A DNA stretch of 64,000 nt from a virus. Made by a program: the position numbers and the translations under genes. Location: positions 22,303 through 86,302 of the IMG/VR virus record IMGVR_UViG_3300035088_000013; one strand, given 5' to 3'. The notes beneath the pieces are model-generated. The model saw nothing but the letters and a program-made list of their open reading frames with translations. It was not told where the DNA came from and searched no databases. Positions 1-7,784 of the stretch are shown one piece after another; the first letter of the stretch is position 1, and the number at the start of each line of letters is the position of its first letter.

Positions 1-239
1 AAGTGCAGGACCTCCCGCAGGTCGGTGGCGGCGGCCCGGCGGGCGGCCAGCAGGCTGGTGAAGGTCGCGAACAGGTGGGTGTCGGTGGCCTCGGCGTACC
101 AGGGGGTGCCGGGTTCCTCGGTGCGGATGAACACCCAGCCGGGTGTTTTGGCTTCCCATACCTCGAGGCGGCCGGTCCGCAGGTTCGGGTGGCGGGCGGT
201 GATGGTCACGGGGGGGAGGGTGCGGGTGGCGGTGGTCAT
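1..239 (-). CDS. Hypothetical protein, runs off the window start (MTTATRTLPPVTITARHPNLRTGRLEVWEAK...)
   Basis: ATG at 239 with a GAGAGG SD, downstream of the divergent promoter-hairpin copy; open frame with GC-rich third positions to base 1; not in the ORF track. Confidence 0.7.
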   Translation of the reverse strand, partial: MTTATRTLPPVTITARHPNLRTGRLEVWEAKTPGWVFIRTEEPGTPWYAEATDTHLFATFTSLLAARRAAATDLREVLH

Positions 240-260
240 GGGGTGCCTCTCTCTCGCGGT

Positions 261-330
261 GTCGTGGCCCCGCTCCAGCCGGGAGGACGACCACATAAGT
301 AAACCACGCCACCCCATTCATGTCAACAGG
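261..330 (-). promoter_or_regulatory. Divergent copy of the repeated promoter + UGGA-hairpin element
   Basis: Minus strand reads CCTGTTGACA-17 nt-TTTACT then GTCGTCCTCCC-G-GC-TGGA-GC-GGGGCCACGAC. Confidence 0.8.
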
Positions 331-357
331 TATCGCAACACGGAGGTCCAGCCGAAA

Positions 358-424
358 CCTGTTGACATCACGGTGTCGGTCGTGTTTACTTGGTTTGTGA
401 GCGGCGGGGGGCTGGAGCCCCCGC
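358..424 (+). promoter_or_regulatory. Repeated promoter + hairpin element, copy 1
   Basis: TTGACA 362-367, 17 nt spacer, TTTACT, then GCGGGGGGC-TGGA-GCCCCCGC. Confidence 0.85.
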
Positions 425-448
425 CCCAACCCCCGAGAGGCGGCCCCC

Positions 449-682
449 ATGAACACCTACACCGTGACCCTCCGCAAGGACGGCGGCCTGCGGATGCCCT
501 ACACCATGGCCGCCCCCGACACGGCAACCCTGTTCGCCGCGATCGACCCGAAGGACGAGGTCGTCTCGATCGTCCGGATCGACGACGACACCCCCGACTA
601 CCTGCTGGACTACCTGCCGCTGAGCGTCGCGTCCCGGGTCGCCGCGAACTCCGCGTTCTACGTCGGCGACCCGAACTCCTGA
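449..682 (+). CDS. Hypothetical protein
   Basis: ATG with GAGAGG SD directly after element 1. Confidence 0.8.
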   Translation: MNTYTVTLRKDGGLRMPYTMAAPDTATLFAAIDPKDEVVSIVRIDDDTPDYLLDYLPLSVASRVAANSAFYVGDPNS

Positions 683-712
683 CCACCCCACCCCGAGAAA
701 GCGAGCACCGCC

Positions 713-1084
713 ATGACGTCCCTTTTCGAGCTCCAGGTCGACCTCGAGCGCTGGGAGTTGGACCCGGCGACCATGCGGGTCGCCCAAGCGATGATCGACG
801 CCGCGTCCCCCGACCCCGACCAGGACCACGTAGCGGTCTACGTGGGGATCGCCCTGCCGGGCAAGCGGCGCGGTGTGTGGACCCTGGGCCAGCCCCTCGA
901 GGTCGCTGACGGGTTCTTCCTGGCCCGTACGGACGCGGAGGTGTCCCGGGCGCGTGAGTTCGCCGACCGGGCCGCGGAGACCCAGCTCGCGGGGCGGGCG
1001 GGGACGACCTCCTATGCGGCGGTCCGGCGCGGCGGGGGATCGGTGTTCGAGGGCATCTTCGGCGTCGAGGTGGCCGGGCCGTGA
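713..1084 (+). CDS. Hypothetical protein
   Basis: ATG, GC-rich third positions, coupled to next gene. Confidence 0.75.
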   Translation: MTSLFELQVDLERWELDPATMRVAQAMIDAASPDPDQDHVAVYVGIALPGKRRGVWTLGQPLEVADGFFLARTDAEVSRAREFADRAAETQLAGRAGTTSYAAVRRGGGSVFEGIFGVEVAGP

Positions 1085-1272
1085 TCGGCCGGATGCTGTT
1101 GCGCGGGCCGCGATATCCGCTGTTGTGGGCGGTCGCGGTGATCGTGCTGCTGCTGGTGGTGCTGCCCGTCTGGGTGGCGGTGCTGCTGGCGGTGGTGATG
1201 GTCGTGGCGGTGGTGGGCCTGGTCCGGCGGGGGGTTCGGCGGGTCCGGAGGCCCAAACAGAAACCCTGTTGA
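1081..1272 (+). CDS. Small membrane protein
   Basis: GTGA overlap; long hydrophobic stretch; stop codon lies inside the -35 box of element 2. Confidence 0.65.
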   Translation: MIGRMLLRGPRYPLLWAVAVIVLLLVVLPVWVAVLLAVVMVVAVVGLVRRGVRRVRRPKQKPC

Positions 1273-1330
1273 CATCCTGATGCCGGTCGTGTTTACTTGT
1301 CTTGTGAGCGCGGGGGGCTGGAGCCCCCGC
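1265..1330 (+). promoter_or_regulatory. Repeated promoter + hairpin element, copy 2
   Basis: TTGACA 1269-1274, 17 nt, TTTACT, hairpin. Confidence 0.85.
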
Positions 1331-1355
1331 CCCGACCCCCGAGAGGCGGCCCCCG

Positions 1356-1559
1356 ATGAGCATCTACGAGTACCGCGACGGCGTGAAGATGGCCAGCGAC
1401 GAGCTGGTGGAGTTCTGGAACAGCCGTGACCTGTGCTGGGCCTGCGACCAGATCCACACCCCGCAGCACACCACGGACGGCTTCCACCACTACCGGTGCC
1501 CGCGCAACAGCACCCACCCGTTCGACGAGCTGACCTGGAAGCGGCCCGTCACCGCCTGA
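1356..1559 (+). CDS. Small Cys/His-containing hypothetical protein
   Basis: SD + ATG after element 2; CWAC...HHYRCP. Confidence 0.8.
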   Translation: MSIYEYRDGVKMASDELVEFWNSRDLCWACDQIHTPQHTTDGFHHYRCPRNSTHPFDELTWKRPVTA

Positions 1560-1582
1560 ACCCCCGAGAGGACCCCCGACCC

Positions 1583-1822
1583 ATGACGCCTGAGACGTTC
1601 GTGATCCTCGGATCGATGCAATGGGGCTACGGCCCCACCCTGGACGCCGCGAAGCGGCGGTGGCGCACGCAAGGCCGCGGGAAACTCTCCGACGGCTACG
1701 GCGTCTACACCTTCGGCGAGGGGTCGACCTTCGAGGGGGTCGACAACCTCGGCCGGGTGCACTGGTCCGGCGAGCGGCCCGCGTTCACCGAGGTCCCGGC
1801 CCGGACCCGGAAAGCCTGTTGA
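1583..1822 (+). CDS. Hypothetical protein (MTPETFVILGSMQWGYG...)
   Basis: GAGAGGA SD, ATG 1583; stop inside the -35 box of element 3. Confidence 0.8.
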   Translation: MTPETFVILGSMQWGYGPTLDAAKRRWRTQGRGKLSDGYGVYTFGEGSTFEGVDNLGRVHWSGERPAFTEVPARTRKAC

Positions 1823-1878
1823 CATCGCACGGGTGATCGTGTTTACTTGGTTTGTGAGCGGGGGGCTGGAGCCCCCGC
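1815..1878 (+). promoter_or_regulatory. Repeated promoter + hairpin element, copy 3
   Basis: TTGACA 1819-1824, 17 nt, TTTACT, hairpin. Confidence 0.85.
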
Positions 1879-1899
1879 CCCAACCCCGAGGAGGCCCCC

Positions 1900-2121
1900 A
1901 TGACCACCATCACCCGGTTCCCGTGCCCCCACCCGGTGCAGGACGCCGACGAGGACGGCATCTACACCACCGACTGCGAGGCCCCGGCCGCGACCTACGC
2001 CGACGGCACCGGCTGGGCGTGCGTGAACGGCCACCACGACGCCGACGACTCCTACCGGGTCGAGGACCCGGCCGAGAACTTCCGCGAGCGGTACATCGAG
2101 CGGATGTACGCCACCGCGTGA
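1900..2121 (+). CDS. Small hypothetical protein
   Basis: GAGGAGG SD + ATG after element 3. Confidence 0.8.
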   Translation: MTTITRFPCPHPVQDADEDGIYTTDCEAPAATYADGTGWACVNGHHDADDSYRVEDPAENFRERYIERMYATA

Positions 2122-2177
2122 CCCCCCCCGGGCCGGGGGAGGCGACCCCCCGGCCCCCCGAGAGAGGCAGCACACCC

Positions 2178-2924
2178 ATGAGCACCCACGCGATCATCGG
2201 CACCCCCACCCCCGGCGGCGGATTCCGGGGCCGCTACGTCCACTACGACGGCGCGCCGCACGGCGTCGGCACAACCCTCGCGGCGATCATCGCTCGCGAC
2301 GGCCTCGAGCACGCCCTGCGGGTTCTCACCGAGGACCACACCTCCTGGGCAATGCTGGACGAGGACCTGCCCGAGCACCCCGACGACATCCCGTTCACCG
2401 TGCGCCACAACCGGCAGGTCGCCGGATACGGGATGGCGCACCACCCGGACGAGCCGACCGCTGCCGAGTGGTACTCCGACACCGGCACCACCGAGGCCGG
2501 GGCGGAGTGGGCGTACGCGGCCACCCCCGACGGCATCCAGGTGTGGCGGCGGCCGATCGGCGGGAGCTGGGGGCGGCGGCCCGACCTGGACATCACCTAC
2601 CCGGTCCGGGAGACCGTGTGGTGCGGCGCGGCGCACGGCGGCCCCGGGAAGCCGCACTTCGACCGGCCGGACTGCGTCGGCCCGCACTACACCGACCAGC
2701 GGACCCGTGAGCGGCTGAACGCCGAGCACATCCGGGCCGGGCGGCCGGACACCCCCGGCCACGGCGGCGGTGGACGTGCGGAGCTGCTGGACCTGCTGGC
2801 CGGGCGGATCGAGCTGGCCTACGCGAAATCCCGGACCGGGCATGTCGGCGAGCACGCACGGGAGATAGCGGAACTGATCCTGGACACCCCCGGCATCACC
2901 ATCACGAAGGAGCAGCAGGCATGA
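2178..2924 (+). CDS. Hypothetical protein (MSTHAIIG...YVHYDGAP)
   Basis: GAGAGG SD, ATG 2178; N-terminal ST..IG...Y.H.DG.P pattern recalled from phage/plasmid hypothetical proteins. Confidence 0.8.
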   Translation: MSTHAIIGTPTPGGGFRGRYVHYDGAPHGVGTTLAAIIARDGLEHALRVLTEDHTSWAMLDEDLPEHPDDIPFTVRHNRQVAGYGMAHHPDEPTAAEWYSDTGTTEAGAEWAYAATPDGIQVWRRPIGGSWGRRPDLDITYPVRETVWCGAAHGGPGKPHFDRPDCVGPHYTDQRTRERLNAEHIRAGRPDTPGHGGGGRAELLDLLAGRIELAYAKSRTGHVGEHAREIAELILDTPGITITKEQQA

Positions 2925-3220
2925 GTCTCGACGGGTTCTGGGCGGCGATCGACCACCAGCTCGAGCAGCTGCGGACGGCCACGACGGTCGACGAGGTGAT
3001 CGGCATCCTCGGCGGCAAGCACCCCGACTCGTCCGGGGATGCGTTCTTCGCCGGGGGCGGCGGCGACGGCTCGGTCTACGAGTCGCTGCGCGAGGCGGGC
3101 TGGGAGGTGGCCTGGTTCGACGCCGGGTACTACTGGGCGATGCGGACCCCCGACGGCCGGGACGGCATCACGTACGTCGAGGGCGACATCATGCGGGGGG
3201 TGCGCAAGCCGGTGTTCTGA
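2921..3220 (+). CDS. Hypothetical protein
   Basis: ATGA overlap, AAGGAG SD. Confidence 0.8.
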   Translation: MSLDGFWAAIDHQLEQLRTATTVDEVIGILGGKHPDSSGDAFFAGGGGDGSVYESLREAGWEVAWFDAGYYWAMRTPDGRDGITYVEGDIMRGVRKPVF

Positions 3221-3499
3221 GCCCGGGGTCCCCGGGGGCGTCCCGAACAGGCACCCCCGGGGGTAGGACATACGCAGCAGTGAGCATAACCGGCCGGTTC
3301 GCCCGGCCGGGGCGGGACACGCGCGGCGGGGCCTCCAGAACCCCGCTGGGCGGCCCGGCGGCCGGACGGGTACCCACGGGGTCCCCGCTGGCCGTGACGG
3401 GCCAGGGCGGGCGTCGTAGCGAGCCCCCCGGGTGGAGTTGCCTCTCCTCCCCGGGGCGCGGCCGGTACGACGCCCGCCTTGTCGTATCCACCACCCAAG

Positions 3500-3567
3500 C
3501 CTGTTGACATCACGCGGTGCATCGTGTTTACTCAGTTTGTGAGCGGCGGAGGGGCTGGAGCCCCCGC
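3500..3567 (+). promoter_or_regulatory. Repeated promoter + hairpin element, copy 4
   Basis: TTGACA 3504-3509, 17 nt, TTTACT, hairpin with an extra A in the 5' arm. Confidence 0.85.
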
Positions 3568-3590
3568 CCGAACCCGAAGGGGAGGCCGAC

Positions 3591-3860
3591 ATGTTCCGCA
3601 CCGAACGTGAGCGGGAGTGCTACCGGGCGTTGCACACCGGCGGAGAGGCGGCGCTGGAGGCGCTGGTCGGGGACGTGATCTCCACCGATCTGATCAACCG
3701 CTGGGCGGACGCGGGGATGCTCCGGGTGAAGAACCTCGACCCCGGACGCGCACCGAAGCCCCTGGTCCTGATGAACGCGGACGAGCGTGCCGCGTGGAAC
3801 GCCCACGTCATCGCGAACACCGGCTACACGATCAAGACGTTCGCGAAGTACGCCCACTGA
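3591..3860 (+). CDS. Hypothetical protein
   Basis: GGGGAGG SD + ATG after element 4. Confidence 0.8.
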   Translation: MFRTERERECYRALHTGGEAALEALVGDVISTDLINRWADAGMLRVKNLDPGRAPKPLVLMNADERAAWNAHVIANTGYTIKTFAKYAH

Positions 3861-3861
3861 T

Positions 3862-3927
3862 CCTGTTGACATGACGCAGGAGATGGTGTTTACTTTGTTT
3901 GTGAGCGCGGGGGGCTGGAGCCCCCGC
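3862..3927 (+). promoter_or_regulatory. Repeated promoter + hairpin element, copy 5
   Basis: TTGACA 3866-3871, 17 nt, TTTACT, hairpin. Confidence 0.85.
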
Positions 3928-3948
3928 CCCGCGAGAGAGGCCACCGAC

Positions 3949-4851
3949 ATGATGACCACCGCGAACACCACCGCCACCGCCGGGACCTGCCTGGCCTGCG
4001 GATTCGTCAACGCCACCACCGACCCCGCCACCGTCACCGCCTGCACCGGATGCGGGGAGCGGGTCGTGCTGACCTGGGTCCGGGGCGTCACCAACAAGCG
4101 GGTCCCCTGCGACGACCGGTGCCAATACGCCATCGGCTCCTACTGCTCCTGCGCCTGCGGCGGCCGCAACCACCGGGCCGGATACATCCACGTCGACCTG
4201 GTCCCCGCCTACATCCGGGAGCGCGACGCGAAACGGCACGCCGACCGGCTGGCCCGGGCCGCCAGCAAGGCCGCCGCGACCCGGGCCGCGCACGCCACCG
4301 CGATGGCCGAGCTGCTGGCCGAGCACCCCACCCTGGAGGCCCTGCTGGGCGACCGGTACGACGGCGCGTACGGCTTCATGGCCGACATGCGGGCCGCGCT
4401 GGAGCGGGGCGACATGACCCCCCGGCAGATCGAGGCCGCGACCGACGCCGTCGAGCGCGACGCCGCCCGGGACCGGGCACGCGACGAGCGGGACGCGGCG
4501 CGGGCCGCGCTGGCCGCCGCGGGGGTCAAGGTCACCGAGGGCCGCCGGGTCCTCGAGGGCGAGATCGTCCGGGTGTCCAGCAAGGAGAGCTACTTCGGCT
4601 ACCAGGAGCGGACCGTGTGGCAGATCATGGTCAAGCTGGCCGACGGGTGCACGGTGATGGGCACCCTGCCCGAGGGGATCCGGCCCACCTCCTACACCGG
4701 CGGCGAGGCCACCGACGAGGGCTCCTGGGCGTGGCACATGGCCCAGCTGGTCGGCAAGACCGTCCGGTTCACCGGCACCGTGAAGCCCTCCGACCGGGAC
4801 GAGACCTTCGGGTTCTACACCCGGCCCACCAAGGCCGCACTGGTCGACTGA
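3949..4851 (+). CDS. Cys-rich Zn-binding protein with a probable C-terminal OB-fold
   Basis: ATG 3949 after element 5; CLAC..CTGC and CDDRC...CSCACGGRNH; C-terminal beta-rich GKTVRFTGTVK...RP. Confidence 0.75.
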   Translation: MMTTANTTATAGTCLACGFVNATTDPATVTACTGCGERVVLTWVRGVTNKRVPCDDRCQYAIGSYCSCACGGRNHRAGYIHVDLVPAYIRERDAKRHADRLARAASKAAATRAAHATAMAELLAEHPTLEALLGDRYDGAYGFMADMRAALERGDMTPRQIEAATDAVERDAARDRARDERDAARAALAAAGVKVTEGRRVLEGEIVRVSSKESYFGYQERTVWQIMVKLADGCTVMGTLPEGIRPTSYTGGEATDEGSWAWHMAQLVGKTVRFTGTVKPSDRDETFGFYTRPTKAALVD

Positions 4852-4868
4852 GACTGGGCGCGGCGGGA

Positions 4869-4894
4869 CGCCCGGGGCTGACCGGCCCCGGGCG
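4869..4894 (+). terminator. Hairpin after the 3949 gene
   Basis: CGCCCGGGGC / GCCCCGGGCG inverted repeat. Confidence 0.5.
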
Positions 4895-4910
4895 GACCCG
4901 GTATCGTCTC

Positions 4911-5068
4911 CAGGCACAAGCACGGGCGCGGTCCACCCCGGCGGGCGTTGGTCACATGGGCCTCTCCGCCCGCCGTACCCCGGACCCCCGTGCTTGAGCG
5001 GCCTGCAAGTCGTCTCCAGCGCGCGCAGGTCGTGACTGAAAGCCCCCCGTGATCACCGGGGGGCTTTC
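4911..5068 (+). ncRNA. Candidate structured small RNA
   Basis: No credible ORF; nested pairings form a long rod; TATCGT -10-like box at 4902-4907; terminator at the 3' end. Confidence 0.4.
5038..5068. terminator. Intrinsic terminator, possibly bidirectional
   Basis: GAAAGCCCCCCG-TGATCAC-CGGGGGGCTTTC, 12-bp stem. Confidence 0.75.
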
Positions 5069-5128
5069 GGCGTTCACCGGTCCGGCTCGGGGTTACTCAT
5101 CCTTCCTTCCACGTGTAAGATGATCAGT

Positions 5129-5410
5129 ATGGCAAAGGACAAGGTCACCGTCACACTGGATCCCGAAATCATCGCCTACACCGACGCGGACGCGGCCAGC
5201 GAAGGCCTGAACCGCTCCGAATACGTCGAGCGGACCCTCCGCGACGTCCACAACCGGCTACGCGCCCGCCGCGCGGTGGAGGGGACCGCCGCACTGCTGG
5301 CCGATCCGGACTTCGCCGCCCAGCTGGCCGCCGCCCGCGCATGGACCGCCCCGTTCCGCGAAGCCCGCAGCCAGCACCTCAACGAGTTGAACGCCACGGC
5401 CGCCGCGTGA
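5129..5410 (+). CDS. Ribbon-helix-helix antitoxin
   Basis: KVTVTLDPE...D..A...GLNRSEYVE RHH pattern; probably leaderless from TAAGAT at 5116-5121 (alternative ATG 5120). Confidence 0.75.
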   Translation: MAKDKVTVTLDPEIIAYTDADAASEGLNRSEYVERTLRDVHNRLRARRAVEGTAALLADPDFAAQLAAARAWTAPFREARSQHLNELNATAAA

Positions 5411-5706
5411 AACACGCCGAGATCCACTCGCCGGACCGGCAGACCAACGCCAAGTTCGTGGTCCTCACCAGCGACAGCTGGAACAGCTCCGGCCAAGACC
5501 CGGTGATCGCCCATATCATCCGCAGCCACGGCGCGGGCAACGACCTCGTGATCGAGCTGAGCGAATTCGACCCGGTCAGCGGAGTCGTGCTCACGCCCTG
5601 GCCGGAGAGCATCCCGGCCAACGAACCTACCGAGCTGCTCGGCATGCTCACCGGCGCGACCATGGCCCGCCTCAAAGACGCGCTGCGCCTGCTGTACGAC
5701 CTGTGA
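5407..5706 (+). CDS. MazF/PemK-like toxin
   Basis: GTGA overlap with the antitoxin; VVLTSDSWN and G.L...M..L..AL..L.DL patterns. Confidence 0.65.
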   Translation: MKHAEIHSPDRQTNAKFVVLTSDSWNSSGQDPVIAHIIRSHGAGNDLVIELSEFDPVSGVVLTPWPESIPANEPTELLGMLTGATMARLKDALRLLYDL

Positions 5707-5753
5707 AAACAGCCTCACCCGGGCGGTCTCCGAATCCGGCCCCAGCGTTCCGT

Positions 5754-5798
5754 TCGCCCCCCTTCCGGCCCTGGCCGCCGAGGGGGGCGATTTCTTTT
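5754..5798 (+). terminator. Intrinsic terminator after the TA pair
   Basis: TCGCCCCCCT...AGGGGGGCGA stem followed by TTTCTTTT. Confidence 0.75.
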
Positions 5799-5804
5799 CC
5801 CCTA

Positions 5805-5873
5805 CCTGTTGACATCCTGGCTGTGTCCGTGTTTACTTAGTTTATGAGCGGCGGGGGGGCTGGAGCCCCCCGC
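5805..5873 (+). promoter_or_regulatory. Repeated promoter + hairpin element, copy 6
   Basis: TTGACA 5809-5814, 17 nt, TTTACT; hairpin arms G7/C6. Confidence 0.85.
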
Positions 5874-5893
5874 CCCGCCCGAGAGGAGCCCCC

Positions 5894-6127
5894 ATGACCA
5901 CCACGATCGACACCCCCCGCGGCCCGATCTCCGTCGGCGCGCGGATCGGCTACAAGCCCTTCCTGGGCGGCCTGCGCATGGTCACCGTGACCCTGGTCGA
6001 CCCCGACATCAGGAACGGCCGTCCCGGGTTCGAGGGCGTCGTCGACGGCGTCACCGACCCCGACGACGCCGGGGTGTGGGGTTACGCCGACCAGATCATC
6101 CGGATCTACGACCGGGGGCTGGCGTGA
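5894..6127 (+). CDS. Small hypothetical protein
   Basis: GAGGAG SD + ATG after element 6. Confidence 0.8.
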   Translation: MTTTIDTPRGPISVGARIGYKPFLGGLRMVTVTLVDPDIRNGRPGFEGVVDGVTDPDDAGVWGYADQIIRIYDRGLA

Positions 6128-6399
6128 TGAGCGCGCTCACCGTGCGGGAGCTGCTGGACGGCCTCGCGGACGGCCGGTTCACCCTCGAGCAGGTGGCGGC
6201 GGACTTCGCCGCCCGGCCGTGGCCGCCGTTGCCGCCGCGGCCGACTCTGGCCCAGGCGTACGGGGTGAACGATGACGAGCTGGTCGGCGACCCGGACTCG
6301 TGGAAGCAGGTGCAGACCGATCCGCGGTTGACCGGCGTCCAGTACGAGGTCCTGTTCCACGCGGCCGGGCCGCAGACCCGACAGGAGGGTCCGGCGTGA
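6127..6399 (+). CDS. Paralog of 30935-31192 (candidate orphan immunity protein)
   Basis: Coupled to the upstream gene; 56/81 identical residues, ungapped manual alignment, to the 30935-31192 product. Confidence 0.85.
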   Translation: MSALTVRELLDGLADGRFTLEQVAADFAARPWPPLPPRPTLAQAYGVNDDELVGDPDSWKQVQTDPRLTGVQYEVLFHAAGPQTRQEGPA

Positions 6400-6665
6400 G
6401 CGAGATCTACCGGCCGGGGGAGGTGGTCGCGGTGAGCGTCGACGGCGGGGTGCGGCCGATGTACGTGCACCGGGTGGTGCAGCTGCTGGTCGTGGGGACG
6501 TCGCCGGAGGGCGGCCGGACGTGCAAGGTGGGGGAGCGGGAGGTGGTCGCGGTCGGGCTCCCGGCGGTCTCCGAGGCGGTCGCGCGGGCGTCGGGGTTCG
6601 ACGTGCAGCAGGTGGCCGAGAGCATCGCGGAGGACTACGCCGATTGGGTCGCGGACCAAAACTAG
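6396..6665 (+). CDS. Hypothetical protein
   Basis: GTGA overlap, AGGAGG SD. Confidence 0.7.
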   Translation: MSEIYRPGEVVAVSVDGGVRPMYVHRVVQLLVVGTSPEGGRTCKVGEREVVAVGLPAVSEAVARASGFDVQQVAESIAEDYADWVADQN

Positions 6666-6669
6666 CCCG

Positions 6670-6736
6670 CCTGTTGACATCACGTGCCAGATCGTGTTTA
6701 CTTGGTTTGTGAGCGGCGGGGGGCTGGAGCCCCCGC
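6670..6736 (+). promoter_or_regulatory. Repeated promoter + hairpin element, copy 7
   Basis: TTGACA 6674-6679, 17 nt, TTTACT, hairpin. Confidence 0.85.
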
Positions 6737-6766
6737 CCCCGACCCCGACCCCCCGAGGAGGCCCCC

Positions 6767-6949
6767 ATGTACGACGTCCACCCCGCCTACGCCGACGCGA
6801 ACGGCACCTACGCCTGGTGCGACCGGCACGACCTGACCACCGTGGTCGCCGAGCACACCGCGGTCGGCTACGCGGGCGGCACCGTCTGGTCCCTGGAGCT
6901 GGCCTGCGGGTGCACCGAGACCAGCGAGACCATCGGGGACATCCGGTGA
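6767..6949 (+). CDS. Small hypothetical protein
   Basis: GAGGAGG SD + ATG after element 7. Confidence 0.8.
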   Translation: MYDVHPAYADANGTYAWCDRHDLTTVVAEHTAVGYAGGTVWSLELACGCTETSETIGDIR

Positions 6950-7386
6950 CCGGCCACCGGTGGCGGCCGGTGCCGCTGTGGCCGTCCGCGCGGCGGTGCT
7001 CGGCGTGCCGCCTGGTCGCGGCCCGGTTCGGCGGCGAGAAGCCGGGATCGTTCACCGCGTGGATGTCCGGCGGGGTCCTGTTGGGCACCAGCCAGCGGGA
7101 CACCGAGCCGGGGTGCCCGACCCCGTACGCCCCGAACGCGGGATCCGGCCCGAAGCGGGGCTGGCAGGCCGTCTACGGCGACGCCTCGAGGCAGGCGGTC
7201 CCCACCCCCGCGCAGGTCCGCGTCCTCGCCCAGGGCCTCGCCAGCGGCGACACGGTCCTCGAGGGCGGGCACCGTCCGGCGACCGTGGCCCGGATGCGCA
7301 CGTACGGGTGGCTCGACAACCGGTACCGGGTCACCCCGGCCGGGGCGGCGGCGTTCGGGCGGCGCGGCGGCCGGGTGCCCGCCTAG
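6946..7386 (+). CDS. Hypothetical protein, possible C-terminal winged helix
   Basis: GTGA overlap; TPAQ..VL...TVARM...GWL...VTPAG pattern. Confidence 0.65.
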   Translation: MTGHRWRPVPLWPSARRCSACRLVAARFGGEKPGSFTAWMSGGVLLGTSQRDTEPGCPTPYAPNAGSGPKRGWQAVYGDASRQAVPTPAQVRVLAQGLASGDTVLEGGHRPATVARMRTYGWLDNRYRVTPAGAAAFGRRGGRVPA

Positions 7387-7661
7387 GCCGTGGGTGGCGG
7401 GGCGGGCGGGACGGCGATCCGGTTCACCTCGAGGACGAACGTCTGCGCGTCTACGTTGATGGCGAGGGTGTTGCCGGTGAGCCGGTCGACCGCGGCCACG
7501 TGCTCCCCGCCGTCGATCAGGGCGGCGAGGTAGGACACGAACCTTTCCACGCCCATCGGGGGCGGCTCGTGGACGGCCGCTTCGCGGCGCAGCCCGCAGA
7601 ACCGGCCGCCGACGTCGTACATGCACGTTCCGGCCGCGCTGATCAGGAATGGGTGGCCCAT
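7383..7661 (-). CDS. Hypothetical protein, antisense to the array, probably leaderless
   Basis: TACACT -10-like box 7 nt before ATG 7661; fills the gap between cassettes. Confidence 0.6.
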   Translation of the reverse strand: MGHPFLISAAGTCMYDVGGRFCGLRREAAVHEPPPMGVERFVSYLAALIDGGEHVAAVDRLTGNTLAINVDAQTFVLEVNRIAVPPAPPPTA

Positions 7662-7698
7662 CCCGGGGAGTGTACGGGGCCGGGAAACCCCCGCATCG

Positions 7699-7762
7699 CC
7701 TGTTGACATCGCGTGCGGGATGGTGTTTACTTGGTTTGTGAGCGGGGGGCTGGAGCCCCCGC
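7699..7762 (+). promoter_or_regulatory. Repeated promoter + hairpin element, copy 8
   Basis: TTGACA 7703-7708, 17 nt, TTTACT, hairpin. Confidence 0.85.
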
Positions 7763-7784
7763 CCCGAGCGCCCGGGAGGCCCCC

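Noticed and set aside
411-418. Loop GCTGGAGC as a Chi site or as the ribosome binding site
   Set aside because: Differs from GCTGGTGG, and a separate SD sits at normal spacing before each ATG
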